Assembly: GCA_025558095.1 (NCBI GenBank)
Contig: JAIVFI010000003.1
Coordinates: forward strand, 310,001 to 374,000
From: Hyaloraphidium curvatum SAG 235-1
Taxonomy: Eukaryota > Fungi > Monoblepharomycota
DNA: 64,000 nucleotides
Reading direction: 5' to 3'
Shown here: positions 22,432 to 32,612 of the stretch, piece after piece
Position numbering within the stretch: the first letter of the stretch is position 1
Layout of the letters: each line of letters begins with the position of its first letter
Made by a program: the position numbers and the translations under genes
The notes under the pieces: model-generated
Databases searched by the model: none
Told to the model about the DNA's origin: nothing
Seen by the model: the letters and a program-made list of their open reading frames with translations, nothing else

Positions 22432-25400
22432 ATGGGCGATGCGGCCCCGGCGTCGGCGCCGCCGCGCGTGGTCCGGCCGCAGCGCATCGAGCGGCTCGAC
22501 GAGCGGGTCGTGAACCGCATCGCCGCAGGGGAGGTGGGCCGCGGGCCGGTTCGCACCCCTTTCCGCGTCGGACACCCACACGGCCCGCCGACGTGACAGG
22601 TGGTGCAGAGGCCGTCGAACGCCGTGAAGGAGCTCCTGGAGAATGCTCTGGACGCCGGCGCAACGAGCGTGCAGATCCTGGTCAAGGACGGCGGCCTGAA
22701 GATGCTCCAGATCACGGACAACGGCTGCGGGATCAACGTACGTGGCCGCGGAAGGCACGCCGCTCGCCGCGGCCAACGGGCACATGCTTCGCCAGAAAGA
22801 GGACCTGCCGCTCGCCTGCGAGCGCTTCGCCACGAGCAAGCTTCGCAAGTACGAGGACCTCGACTCCATCTCGACCTACGGCTTTCGCGGGGAGGCCCTG
22901 GCATCGATATCCCACGTGGCGCATGTGACCATCACGACCAAAACGGCGGCGTCGAGCTGCGCTTGGAAGTGGGGACCTCGCAGTTCCCCGCGGGGAGCTC
23001 TCTGACGCCCTGGCAGGGCGGCCTACTCGGACGGCAAGATAGTGCCCTCCCGGCCGGGAGCCCCCGCTGAGCCGAAACCGTGCGCCGGGAACGATGGCAC
23101 GCAGATCCTGGTCGAGGACATCTTCTTCAACATGCCCATGCGGCTCAAGGCCATCAAGAACGCGGCCGAGGAGTACAACAGAACCGTCGACGTCGTCACC
23201 CGATACGCGGTGCACAACGCGGGGCGGGCGGGCTTTACCTGCAAGAAGGTCCGTCAACCGGAAGCTCGCGCTCGCACAAGCCTCACCCGACCCTTGCTCA
23301 GGTCGGGTCTTCCGAGGCCGACGTTACGACGCTCGCGACTGCGTCGAGGCTCGATACGATCAGGACGGTGTTCGGCGCCGGCGTCGCGAGGGAGCTTCTG
23401 GAGGTCTCCTGCGAATCCGACGAGCTTGACTTCAAGTGCACCGGCTTCGTGTCGAACCCGAACTTCAACATGAAGAAGCTCACCTTCCTGCTCTTCATCA
23501 ACGGTATGTCTATGCGCTGCTGTTTCTTGCCTTCATCCGCTGATGATTGTCGGGACGGCGCAGATCGGCTCGTGGATTCGGCCGCGCTCAAGCGCGCGGT
23601 CGAGAGCGTTTACTCCACCTTCCTGCCAAAGAACACGCATCCCTTCATCTACCTGGCGCTCACGATCAGCCCGTCGAAAGTGGACGTCAATGTTCATCCG
23701 ACCAAGCGCGAGGTCCAGTTCCTGAACGAGGACTCGATCGTCGGCCTCCTGATGGACGAAATCGGCCAGAAGCTCGCGACTGGGGCCGCCAGCCGGACCT
23801 ACTCCACCCAGATCCTGGCACCGACGTTCCGGAACGACGGCGCCGGAGACGACACCGGGCGCGCCAAGAAGCTGCGGCGGCAGGAGGACTCGGCGGACAG
23901 CGAGGACAGCGACGGGGAACCCCTCGCTCCCGGCGCAGCGGGTCCCACAGCTCGGGCTCCGGACCGCCTGCAGACGAGGATGACGGCGCACTTCCAATCG
24001 AATGATGCGAAATCCGCCAGCCCCGGGGGTGCGGATCGGCCAAACCGCGGCGAGGCGTCGTCGGGCCGGCCAAAGCTGCCTCCGAACAAGCTTGTTCGCA
24101 CGGACAGTAAAACCCGCCGAATCGATACCTTCATTTTCCATCAGCTGAACGCTCCCGAATCGCCTGTCACGAGATCCGCGCCTCGGGCACGGCGATCGCC
24201 GTCGCGCCGGAAGGAACCTGGAGAAGCCGCTGAGGAGGAACTGGCTCGGTCGCCGTCTGAATCACCAGAGGAAGAGAGCGACCCCGATCGCGACGACCGG
24301 GCCGATGAGGAAGGAGGAGCCTCTCCGGAGCCATTGGAGGACGGCGCTGACGGCGCCCGCGACCCGGAGGAACTCGCTCCGGATTCTGGCGACCAGGTTG
24401 AAGACATTGGCGAACCGCCGGACAGAGAAGTTGAAGTCGCTGAGGACGGTGACGCCATGTCTGTGGGGGAAGAGCTCGCCGGAAGTCGTGAACTGGTGCA
24501 CGATTCGGTCCCGGCTTCGCCCAAGGGGCACTCCTCGTCTCCGCCCGTGGCGAAGCCTTTCGTGGCAGTCCAGCTCACGAGCATCAAAGAGCTGAGATCA
24601 GCTGTCGCGGAATCCATGCACCGCGGTTGGTAAAGCCCACGCCTATTGCAAGCTTGTCTGACAGCCGTTCCCAGGCATCACCGAGGTTTTTCGTGAACAC
24701 ACTTTCGTCGGCGTCGTCGATTCTCGGCTAGCTCTTCTCCAACATCAGACCCGACTCTATATGGTCAATTACAGGGAAGCTAGGCGAGTCACGCGGTCCT
24801 CGGAGGCGTCGCTCGTCGGGCCTGACACAGCGCAGCCGCCTGCTTTTCGAGCAGCTGACTCTCAAGCACTTTTCCAACTTCGGACGTATCATCCTTTCGC
24901 CACCCGTACCGATCGCGGACGCGGTTTTGATCGCATTGACCGACGAGGAAGGCGATGCTGCCGTTGCCCCCGATCAGCGTGCGCAGGGGATTGCGGACGA
25001 GCTGACCGAAAAGCGAGATATGCTCGAAGAGTACTTCTCGATCACCGTCGATGACCAAGGGTCCCTTCACTCTCTTCCCCTCATGCTCAAGGGCTACGGC
25101 CCCAACCTGGAGAAGCTTCCCGACTTTCTCCTCCAGTTGGGCTCCAGCGTCAACTGGACGGAGGAGAAGCCGTGTTTCGCTGGCATGGCCGAGGAGCTCG
25201 GGAGGTTCTACGCTGCCGAGCCTCCCGCAAGAATCGCTCCCGCCGAGTCGGCGGACGCATCTTGGGACAGGACAAGATCCTCCCCAGAGTACGGCAGATA
25301 CCTGGACGTCGTCGAGCACGTGCTCTTTCCGGCTTTTAAGGAGCATCTGGTGATACCCCAACGTTGGGCGACGACGGGTGACATTGGTAGGCTGCGCAAG

Positions 25401-25542
25401 CCCCTAATGCGCACGGAAGCTCACACCTTACAGTCGAGCTCGCCAACTTGACGGAGCTTTACAAGGTGTTCGAGAGGTATGTCGCTGCATTGCACATCGG
25501 CCATGCATACAGCTGCTCACTCTATTTATAACCAGATGCTGA
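22432..25542 (+). CDS. MLH1: DNA mismatch repair protein Mlh1 (multi-exon)
   Basis: VVNRIAAGE|[48 protein letters not shown] and the C-terminal LYKVFERC* split by an intron. Confidence 0.97.
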
Positions 25543-25547
25543 TTGCC

Positions 25548-27326
25548 TCACACCGTGGCCGGCATCCGAATCCCGGCGTCGACCATGTGCTGCTTGATTC
25601 GGGCCGAGGCCATCTCCGCAACCTCGCTTTCGTCAAAAGGTCCGCCACGCACCCCGAGATAAATGGTCTGCGTCACGGCCCTCGCGATCGACTGAAACGC
25701 CGCCTTGTCGATGAGCTTGCGCTCGTACAGGGGTTGGAGCCTGGGCTTGACGATTCGGAAGATCCTCTCCTTCTCGTTACCCGCCGGCTGAGCGGTGCCA
25801 TTGGACGCGGAGTTGACTGAAACGTCCTTGTACTGAGCTTGCTGCGATACCGCCGAATGTGATTCCCCGGCGCTTTGCGCCCGCCCGGAAGCCATAACAG
25901 CGACGGTGGATCCGGGCGTCGTGTGTTCCGCATCGGACGCTGTCCTTCTTTCCTTCAGAAACTTCAGAAAAGAGCTCGAGCTCGTGTCTTGCTCGTCCAA
26001 AATACTGCTTAGCGGATCCGGTTCGGGCGCAAGGCCCTGGCGGGCAGCAGAAGATGGCTTCGCGACAGGGACCTCGTGGTTGCGGGAATACGACGGTACG
26101 ACGTACGTCGAATGGGAGTAAAGCCGGGTTGCCGAAGCCCGATGGCCCACCAAAGGATCGTCTCCGGCTCCGGGCTTCTCCCCTTTTCGACCCTGGTTCC
26201 GGCCGCCGGCGGCAGATCGCGGGTTCTGGTCCGTGGCTGGGTCCAAAGCCGCCTGCGCAATCTTCAGCTGCCTCCAGAGAAAGCGCTCCACGTCCGAGGG
26301 ACCCTTCAACTCCGGCAGGCCTTCCGTCGTGGTCCGTTTCCGCTTACGCTTCTTTGAAGCCTGCTTTATAGGTGCCAAAGGCCGATCGAAGCGGTAGTCC
26401 GGGAAAGGGCCTGACGTCTCTGAGCGCTTTTGCTTTATGTTCCGCGACGCCGAGCCGCGTGCTGCGACAGGCTGCCGCGGTTCACTGCGGCGTGGCTCGC
26501 GCAGTCTGGCCGACATGCGAGGCGATCCATGAGGAGCCCCATCGTCCGAGCCGCTGAAATCGGACTCCTCGGCGGAGTCAGCACCCGATCCTTCCTCGCT
26601 CTCCGACAAGGGCTCCCTTTCGCCGCCGGCTCCGTCTAGCAGCTCCAGCGAATTCAACCGCGCGTTGCGCTCCATCCGTCGCCGCTGAGCTCTCGCCCGC
26701 ATTCGCAACACCCGGATCTCGGAAGCGCTCGCCCCGCGAATCGCAGCTGACGTCCGCAAGGTCCGCGGTCGTGCCGCCGGATGAGGCTCCGACTGCGCCG
26801 CGACAGCCGCGCCGGTTTCCGAATTGGCAGCGGGACGACGACTCCGCCGCCGCTCCTCGTCCACTCGGGCAGTCTCGCGGATGCTCTCGCACAATTGGCA
26901 GAACCACTCCCCCTCGGGAATTCCTTCGAGGCCCAGACAGTCCGTGTGATATCCGTCTTCGCAGCCATCGCAGAGCAGCATGACGTCCTCCCGGTCGCAG
27001 CGGTGGCAGATCCGGCAGTCGGTGAGATCGTAGCGTGAGAGATCGCCGTCCTCCTCCCCGTGCTCGGCATGCTCCACGTGCCGCTGGACCTTCCGCTCGA
27101 AGCGAACGGTCCTGAGCACCTTGCCCGCGATCTTTTCCTTGACGTTGACATGGTCAAACTCGCGTCGATCCAAGGGGCAAAGGGTACAGCTCTCTGTAGC
27201 CCAGAGGGAGATACAGAGGAGATGATAGACATGATGGCAAGAGAGCTCGCCGAGCTCCACGGGCAGCTCGGTACCGGCCGCCGGCTCCAGAGCCTCGAGG
27301 CACACGGCGCACGACGACTCGTCCAT
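25548..27326 (-). CDS. RING + PHD finger protein with C-terminal SRI-like domain (PHRF1/Asr1-like)
   Basis: CAVC..CHHVYH..C..CPLDR (RING), CRICH..MLLCDGCEDGYHTDCL..WFCQLC (PHD), and C-terminal VKPRLQPLY..IDKAAFQSIAR. Confidence 0.85.
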   Translation of the reverse strand: MDESSCAVCLEALEPAAGTELPVELGELSCHHVYHLLCISLWATESCTLCPLDRREFDHVNVKEKIAGKVLRTVRFERKVQRHVEHAEHGEEDGDLSRYDLTDCRICHRCDREDVMLLCDGCEDGYHTDCLGLEGIPEGEWFCQLCESIRETARVDEERRRSRRPAANSETGAAVAAQSEPHPAARPRTLRTSAAIRGASASEIRVLRMRARAQRRRMERNARLNSLELLDGAGGEREPLSESEEGSGADSAEESDFSGSDDGAPHGSPRMSARLREPRRSEPRQPVAARGSASRNIKQKRSETSGPFPDYRFDRPLAPIKQASKKRKRKRTTTEGLPELKGPSDVERFLWRQLKIAQAALDPATDQNPRSAAGGRNQGRKGEKPGAGDDPLVGHRASATRLYSHSTYVVPSYSRNHEVPVAKPSSAARQGLAPEPDPLSSILDEQDTSSSSFLKFLKERRTASDAEHTTPGSTVAVMASGRAQSAGESHSAVSQQAQYKDVSVNSASNGTAQPAGNEKERIFRIVKPRLQPLYERKLIDKAAFQSIARAVTQTIYLGVRGGPFDESEVAEMASARIKQHMVDAGIRMPATV

Positions 27327-27454
27327 CGTCACTAACTGCCTAACTGCGGCCGGGCCGCTGAGAGCAAGGGTTTGGTCGTCGTCGCTGGATGGGCGGGGAG
27401 CCGCGGAGCTTTCCGGGTCGCCTCCGTCACCCGTTTCCTCTTGCCCCGCCAGCG

Positions 27455-28092
27455 ATGCACGTCCCCGCTGCTGCCTCCCGCAGCGTTGCTGCTCTCCGCA
27501 CGGCCCCGAGCGCCGCCTGCCGGGCGTTCTCGACGTCTCCGTGCGCCGCGGCAAAGGCCGCCGCACCGGCGGCGTCCTCGGGCGTCCCCGAGGTCATCCT
27601 GCGCGGCCACACGCGCTCGATCAAGTTCGGACGCAAGCATGCGGCAGGTGAGCGAGGTGAGAGCGGTACGGCGGCCGCATGGTGCCCTGTGGGGGCAATG
27701 CCGAGTGTGGCGGACCCCGAGACGTCCACTTGGGGCGATCGCCCGGGACCTTTCCAGGGCGGCAGCTCATCGCGGTTCCCGCGTTGCTCGCAGGTGTTGC
27801 CACGACCCAGCACCCGCTCGGCCCCCTCCCCGGCTCGGCACCTGTGCCATTCGTCCCGGCACCCCCTGCGGCGCTGACGTCCTCGGGATCCGCGACCTAC
27901 TTCGGCAGCATCGCGCAGTTGGGGTTGCGGTTCAACCGGCCGCTATCTGAGGAGGAAATCGCTGTGGTCGAGGTGCGATGGAGTGGCCACCCGGGGGAGG
28001 ACGGACGCTGACCACCTCTACAGCTCGGAGGAGCGTTCCCGGACCCACCGAAACCGCCAAAGGACGACAAGGCGAAGAAGGCGAAGAAGTGA
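27455..28092 (+). CDS. KGD4: Mitochondrial 2-oxoglutarate dehydrogenase subunit Kgd4/MRPS36
   Basis: Presequence (RAFSTS), HTRSIKFG.R and C-terminal LRFNRPLSEEEIAVVE|LGGA, characteristic of Ymr31/Kgd4. Confidence 0.75.
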
Positions 28093-28144
28093 AAGCGTTT
28101 CGTCGTTTCTTTATACCATTTTGGGCAGTTCAAGCGTGCTCTGA

Positions 28145-28777
28145 TCATTCCTTGGCTGCTGCGGAGTCGCCCTCGGCGCCCGCTGCCACGGTGCCGTTTG
28201 GCGGTTCCGCGGGCCCTGCTCCTTTCTCGTACTTTGCTCTCCGCGCGGCCTTTGCCGCGTCGATGTCCCTCTTCACCTGTGCTGCCGGCGATTTCGGATC
28301 CGCTGGCACGTCTCCTCTCGCCTGCTGCGGGCTCTCGATGATGATGGTCACAGGCCCGTCGTTGTTGATTGACACGTCCATCATCGCCCCGAATCTACCG
28401 TTTTGAATCCGCTCGGGTACGTAGGAGGCCCTCATCTTGGCCAAGAAGTCCGAGTACATCGCCTCGCTTTCGGCCGACTTCATGGCCAGGTGGAAGTCCG
28501 GCTTGGCCCCCTTCGTCGTGACGGAATACAACGTGAACTGGGAAACGCAGAGTACCCCGCCTTCGATGTCCACGACCGAGCGCGCCCAAGGCTTCCCGTC
28601 GTCCGGGTTGGGCCACAGTCTCAAATTGAGGATCTTGTTCACGACATACTCGACGTCTTTGTGCGTGTCGTTGGCGTGGATTCCCACGAGCACGCAGAGT
28701 CCTCTGCCGACCTGTCCCACGATCTCTCCACCGACTGTGACTGATGCGCGCGTAACGCGCTGCAGGACCGCCCGCAT
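28145..28777 (-). CDS. DTD1: D-aminoacyl-tRNA deacylase
   Basis: MRAVLQRV, VSQFTLY, KPDFH and GRFGAMMDVSINNDGPVT. Confidence 0.97.
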   Translation of the reverse strand: MRAVLQRVTRASVTVGGEIVGQVGRGLCVLVGIHANDTHKDVEYVVNKILNLRLWPNPDDGKPWARSVVDIEGGVLCVSQFTLYSVTTKGAKPDFHLAMKSAESEAMYSDFLAKMRASYVPERIQNGRFGAMMDVSINNDGPVTIIIESPQQARGDVPADPKSPAAQVKRDIDAAKAARRAKYEKGAGPAEPPNGTVAAGAEGDSAAAKE

Positions 28778-29136
28778 TCCGGCTCCTCGTGCACAACACG
28801 GAGCTCGTTCACTTGATGTGGTGAGCAGCTTCCGTGGCTCTTGGCCAGCGGCCTTGCCGACGCCCCGGTGGAGGGATCAGACGGTAACGAATGGGACGTT
28901 TTCACGGTACACGGCTCGGCCCCGCGCGCGGGTCCAAATCGCGTGGGCGATGGCAACAGCGAGAATAGTTTTAGGACAGTGCACGACGGCACGCCGGAGC
29001 GGACGCGCGTGTTTATGGTTGCTTGCGATCGACGCCATCACACGCGGTCGACGTAGGCGGGAGACAATCCGGTTCACGGCCTCGCATCCATCCGCCGACG
29101 CGCCGTCACAGGGCTCGCCAACGCCACCTACCAGGA

Positions 29137-30097
29137 ATGGCAGCCCCCGCCTCGCTCTTCCCCGCGCACGAAATCTACGCCGTCCGCTATGCCTTCGTCG
29201 ACCGCCCCCGTATCGCCAACTTCCTGCAGCGACCTGACGACCACGACGGCCCCGGCCCGCTCGACTTTTTCGTCTGGGTGATCAAGGGCGGAGACGGGCC
29301 GCCGATCGTCGTGGACACGGGGTTCTCGGCCGCCACGGGGAAGAAGCGGGGCCGGGACGTGCTCCGGACGGTCCCGGAGGCACTGAAGCTCGTGGGGGTG
29401 GACGCTGCGGACGTTCAGGACGTCATCGTGACCCACATGCACTACGGTGGGCCCGCTAGGTGCCGCGATGGGCCGCCTGGCTAACGGAAAGGCTCGGGCA
29501 GACCACGGCGGCTGCATCGAGGACTTTCCGAACGCGCGATTCCACATCTCCGACGCAGAAATGCGTTACGTGACGGGCCGTTGTATGACGTACGCGCCAC
29601 TCCGCCACGCGTTCGAGGAGGACGACGTCAAGGCGATGGTCGCGAAGCTGTGGCAGGGGCGCGTGGTGTTCCACGGCGGCGACCCGCAGTGGGGCGGGGC
29701 CAGAGGTTCCGGCTTGTTCACGCGTTCTGGCGTCGCGGTCGAGGACGAGATTGCTCCCGGCGTGAGCGTGCATGCGGTCGGAGGACACACGGGAGGTCTG
29801 CAGGTCGTGAGGGTGTCGACGGCACGCGGCTGGGTGACAGTTGCGTCGGATGCCTCGCATTTCTACGAGAACGTCTTGTCCGCCAACCCGTTCCCCATCG
29901 TTCAGGACGTGGGCCGGATGATCGAGGGGTGGGAGATCTGCAGGCGGCTAGCAGACGGCGTGCAGGCGGCCGTGATCCCGGGCCACGATCCGCTGGTGCG
30001 GGTGATCTACCCGGCGGTGGACGGCACGGACGGCGAGGCGGTGCGTGTCGATGTGGGCCCCTCTGTGTGGCCGCCGGTGGCGCCGGCCGGCAAGTGA
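29137..30097 (+). CDS. N-acyl homoserine lactonase-family metallo-beta-lactamase (one intron, 29447-29501)
   Basis: VDTGF, THMHY|DHGG (HxHxDH restored by splicing), GGHTGG, ASDASH and IPGHDP. Confidence 0.88.
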
Positions 30098-30207
30098 TCT
30101 GAATAGATTCACCTGCTGAGCCTGACCAAAGATTAGCAGGGGAAAGAACGGAGAGAGTGATGGCCTGATCGCCCGCAGTTCGCCCGCGCCACACGGAGAT
30201 ACGCGAA

Positions 30208-31963
30208 ATGACGCGCCTCACGCAGCTCCCGCGGCACGCGCCGGTCCTACGGGCGTCCGCGGTACGCGCGTATATCTCGCGGCGACAGCACGGCGGGGCG
30301 GCGGGCGGCGGCGACGCGGGGCCGCGGGGCGTGCGTCCCGGCGGGCGGCTCGGCGGCCGCGCGCCCGCCGCGGCAGTGCCCCGCCCCCCGCGCCTCCGCC
30401 ACGACTACGCCGAGCACCTCGGCAGGGCGATGCTGTCGGTGGTCGCCGAGGCGCGCGCAGAGGAGGACGAGGGCCCGCCCGAGGAGCAGAGCTCGCCGCC
30501 GCCTCGCGCCTTCGTGCTCAACCCGCGGATCATCCGCGGCCAGATCGACCAGCACGTCATCGGCCAGGAGCGCATGAAGCGCGTCATGGCCACAGCCGTC
30601 TACAACCACTACGTGCGCGTCGAGACCAACCTGCCGGCCCCGGAGTACGATCCCGCCCTGGAACCCGCAGACTTCCGCACATACACAAAGACCCCGCTGC
30701 CGCGGCGGCCGAGCTTCTCGCACGCAATGAACCGCGTGGTCCGCCACGACGACCGGGACCGCATCGTGCTCGACAAGAGCAACGTGCTCCTGCTGGGGCC
30801 GACGGGTTGCGGGAAAACGCTCATCGCAAAGACCACCGCGGACCTGCTGCAGGTCCCGTTCAGCCTCAACGACGCTACGCCCTTTACACAGGCCGGCTAT
30901 GTCGGCGAAGATGTCGAGGCGTGTATTGCGCGTCTCCTCCAAGCCGCAGACTACGACATCGCGCGGGCCCAGCGGGGCGTCGTCTATATCGACGAGATCG
31001 ACAAGCTCGCAAAGCGGGCCGACACGGCCAGCCTGAACCAGCGCGACGTTTCCGGCGAAGGCGTGCAGCAGGGGCTCCTTCGGATGCTGGAGGGCACGGT
31101 GGTGAACGTCAACGTGCGGCCAAACGCGGCCAAGCGGGGACCCATGTCGCCGGCCAACGGCGAGGTCTTTTCCGTGGACACGAGCAACATCCTCTTTGTG
31201 CTCTCGGGCGCCTTCGTGGGGCTGGACAAGATCGTGCACGACCGCCTGGGGAAGAAGGGCTCCATCGGATTCGGGGCCGAGGTCGTCGGTCAGGCGCACG
31301 ACGCGGTTGACGAGAACATCCTGGACTACGTGGAGCCCGAGGACCTCGTCAAGTTCGGACTGATCCCCGAGTTTGTCGGCCGCCTGCCCATCGTGGCCAG
31401 CGCGAGGGCGCTGACCGTGGACGAACTGACCCGGATCCTGACCGAGCCCAAGAACGCCATCCTGCGGCAGTATGCCGAGATCTTCACCCGCAACGGAGTG
31501 AGTTGCCCCGTGGCTCCCTCGCTCCGTGTGTCGCAAGCACTGACCCCTTGTATTCCAGATTGAGCTCCGCTTCACCCAGGACGCCCTCAAGGAGGTCGCG
31601 ATCGAGGCGCGCAAGCGCAAGACCGGCGCGCGGGGCCTGCGCCGCCTGATCGAGCAGGTTCTCGGGGACGCGATGTACGAGACGTTTGGGGACCCGGGCG
31701 TGCGGCTGGTCTGGGTCGACGCCGAGGCGGTGCGGAAGCGTGCGCCGAGGGTGTTTTCCACCCTGGAGGAGGCTGCGGCGGCTCTGGGGGACGCTTTCCC
31801 CGCCGATCTGGCGACGGGGCACAACGACAGGGCGAGGCGGAGGGGGATGCAGGCGAGCCGGCCGGACAGGTGGGAACAGGCCGCGGAGGAGGACGGGCAG
31901 GGAGACGCGGAACGGAGGCGCTTGTACTCGGGGTTCACGCTGGGCGAGCGGCCCCATGACTAG
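30208..31963 (+). CDS. clpX: Mitochondrial ClpX-like AAA+ chaperone (Mcx1)
   Basis: HVIGQE, KSNVLLLGPTGCGKT, TQAGYVGEDVE, IDEIDK, RDVSGEGVQQGLL, GLIPEFVGRLP and TGARGLR after an intron (~31497-31558). Confidence 0.95.
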
Positions 31964-32155
31964 GCCGCACAATTTGACTGGAAGGTGCTGCGAGAATGAT
32001 TGACGTGGAGATTCCACGGAAGCGCTTGTGCTTCGGGCAGCGAGACGCCTCCGAGGGATTCAAAGGGATCTGTAGTGTTGCCGGGCCACGCAAAGTCTCC
32101 TGAACCGACGGTCTATTCTCTCGCATTGGACATCTTTCGGCCGCCGGTTTGAACG

Positions 32156-32548
32156 ATGAACTTTGGCGCCTTCGGCCCGTCGGCCGAGCAGCGGCAGATG
32201 GAGGCCATGATTGAGCAGAAGCAGATGAAGGACTTCCTGAAGATGTACGCCAACCTGGTGGACCGATGCTTTACGGACTGCGTGTCGGACTTTACCTCGA
32301 CGAAACTCTCGACGAAGGAGGTGCGTCCCTGCGCCCGTTGCGTCTCGGTGGCGTCTCTGACGCGCCGGGACGCGCTTCCAGGAGACCTGCGTCCAGCGGT
32401 GTACGGACAAGTTCCTCAAACATTCGGAGCGGGTAGGACAACGATTTGCGGAACGTGAGTCGGAAGCTGCTGCTGCGTTGCACGGCGGGAGTTGATCGAG
32501 GCCCGCGAACCAGAAAACGCCGCCTTGCAACAGAGCCAGCAGCAATAG
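32156..32548 (+). CDS. TIM9: Mitochondrial intermembrane-space small Tim chaperone Tim9
   Basis: [28 protein letters not shown]..|[24 protein letters not shown] (twin CX3C). Confidence 0.95.
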
Positions 32549-32612
32549 ACGAGCCGGATGAGGAGAAGATCTGTGTCAAATCCAGGACATATGCAATCTA
32601 GCTTTAACTCTA

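Noticed and set aside
29689-29742. Extra ~20 aa in the lactonase (PQWGGARGSGLF...) as a possible in-frame intron
   Set aside because: No convincing branch point or YAG acceptor; treated as a loop insertion.
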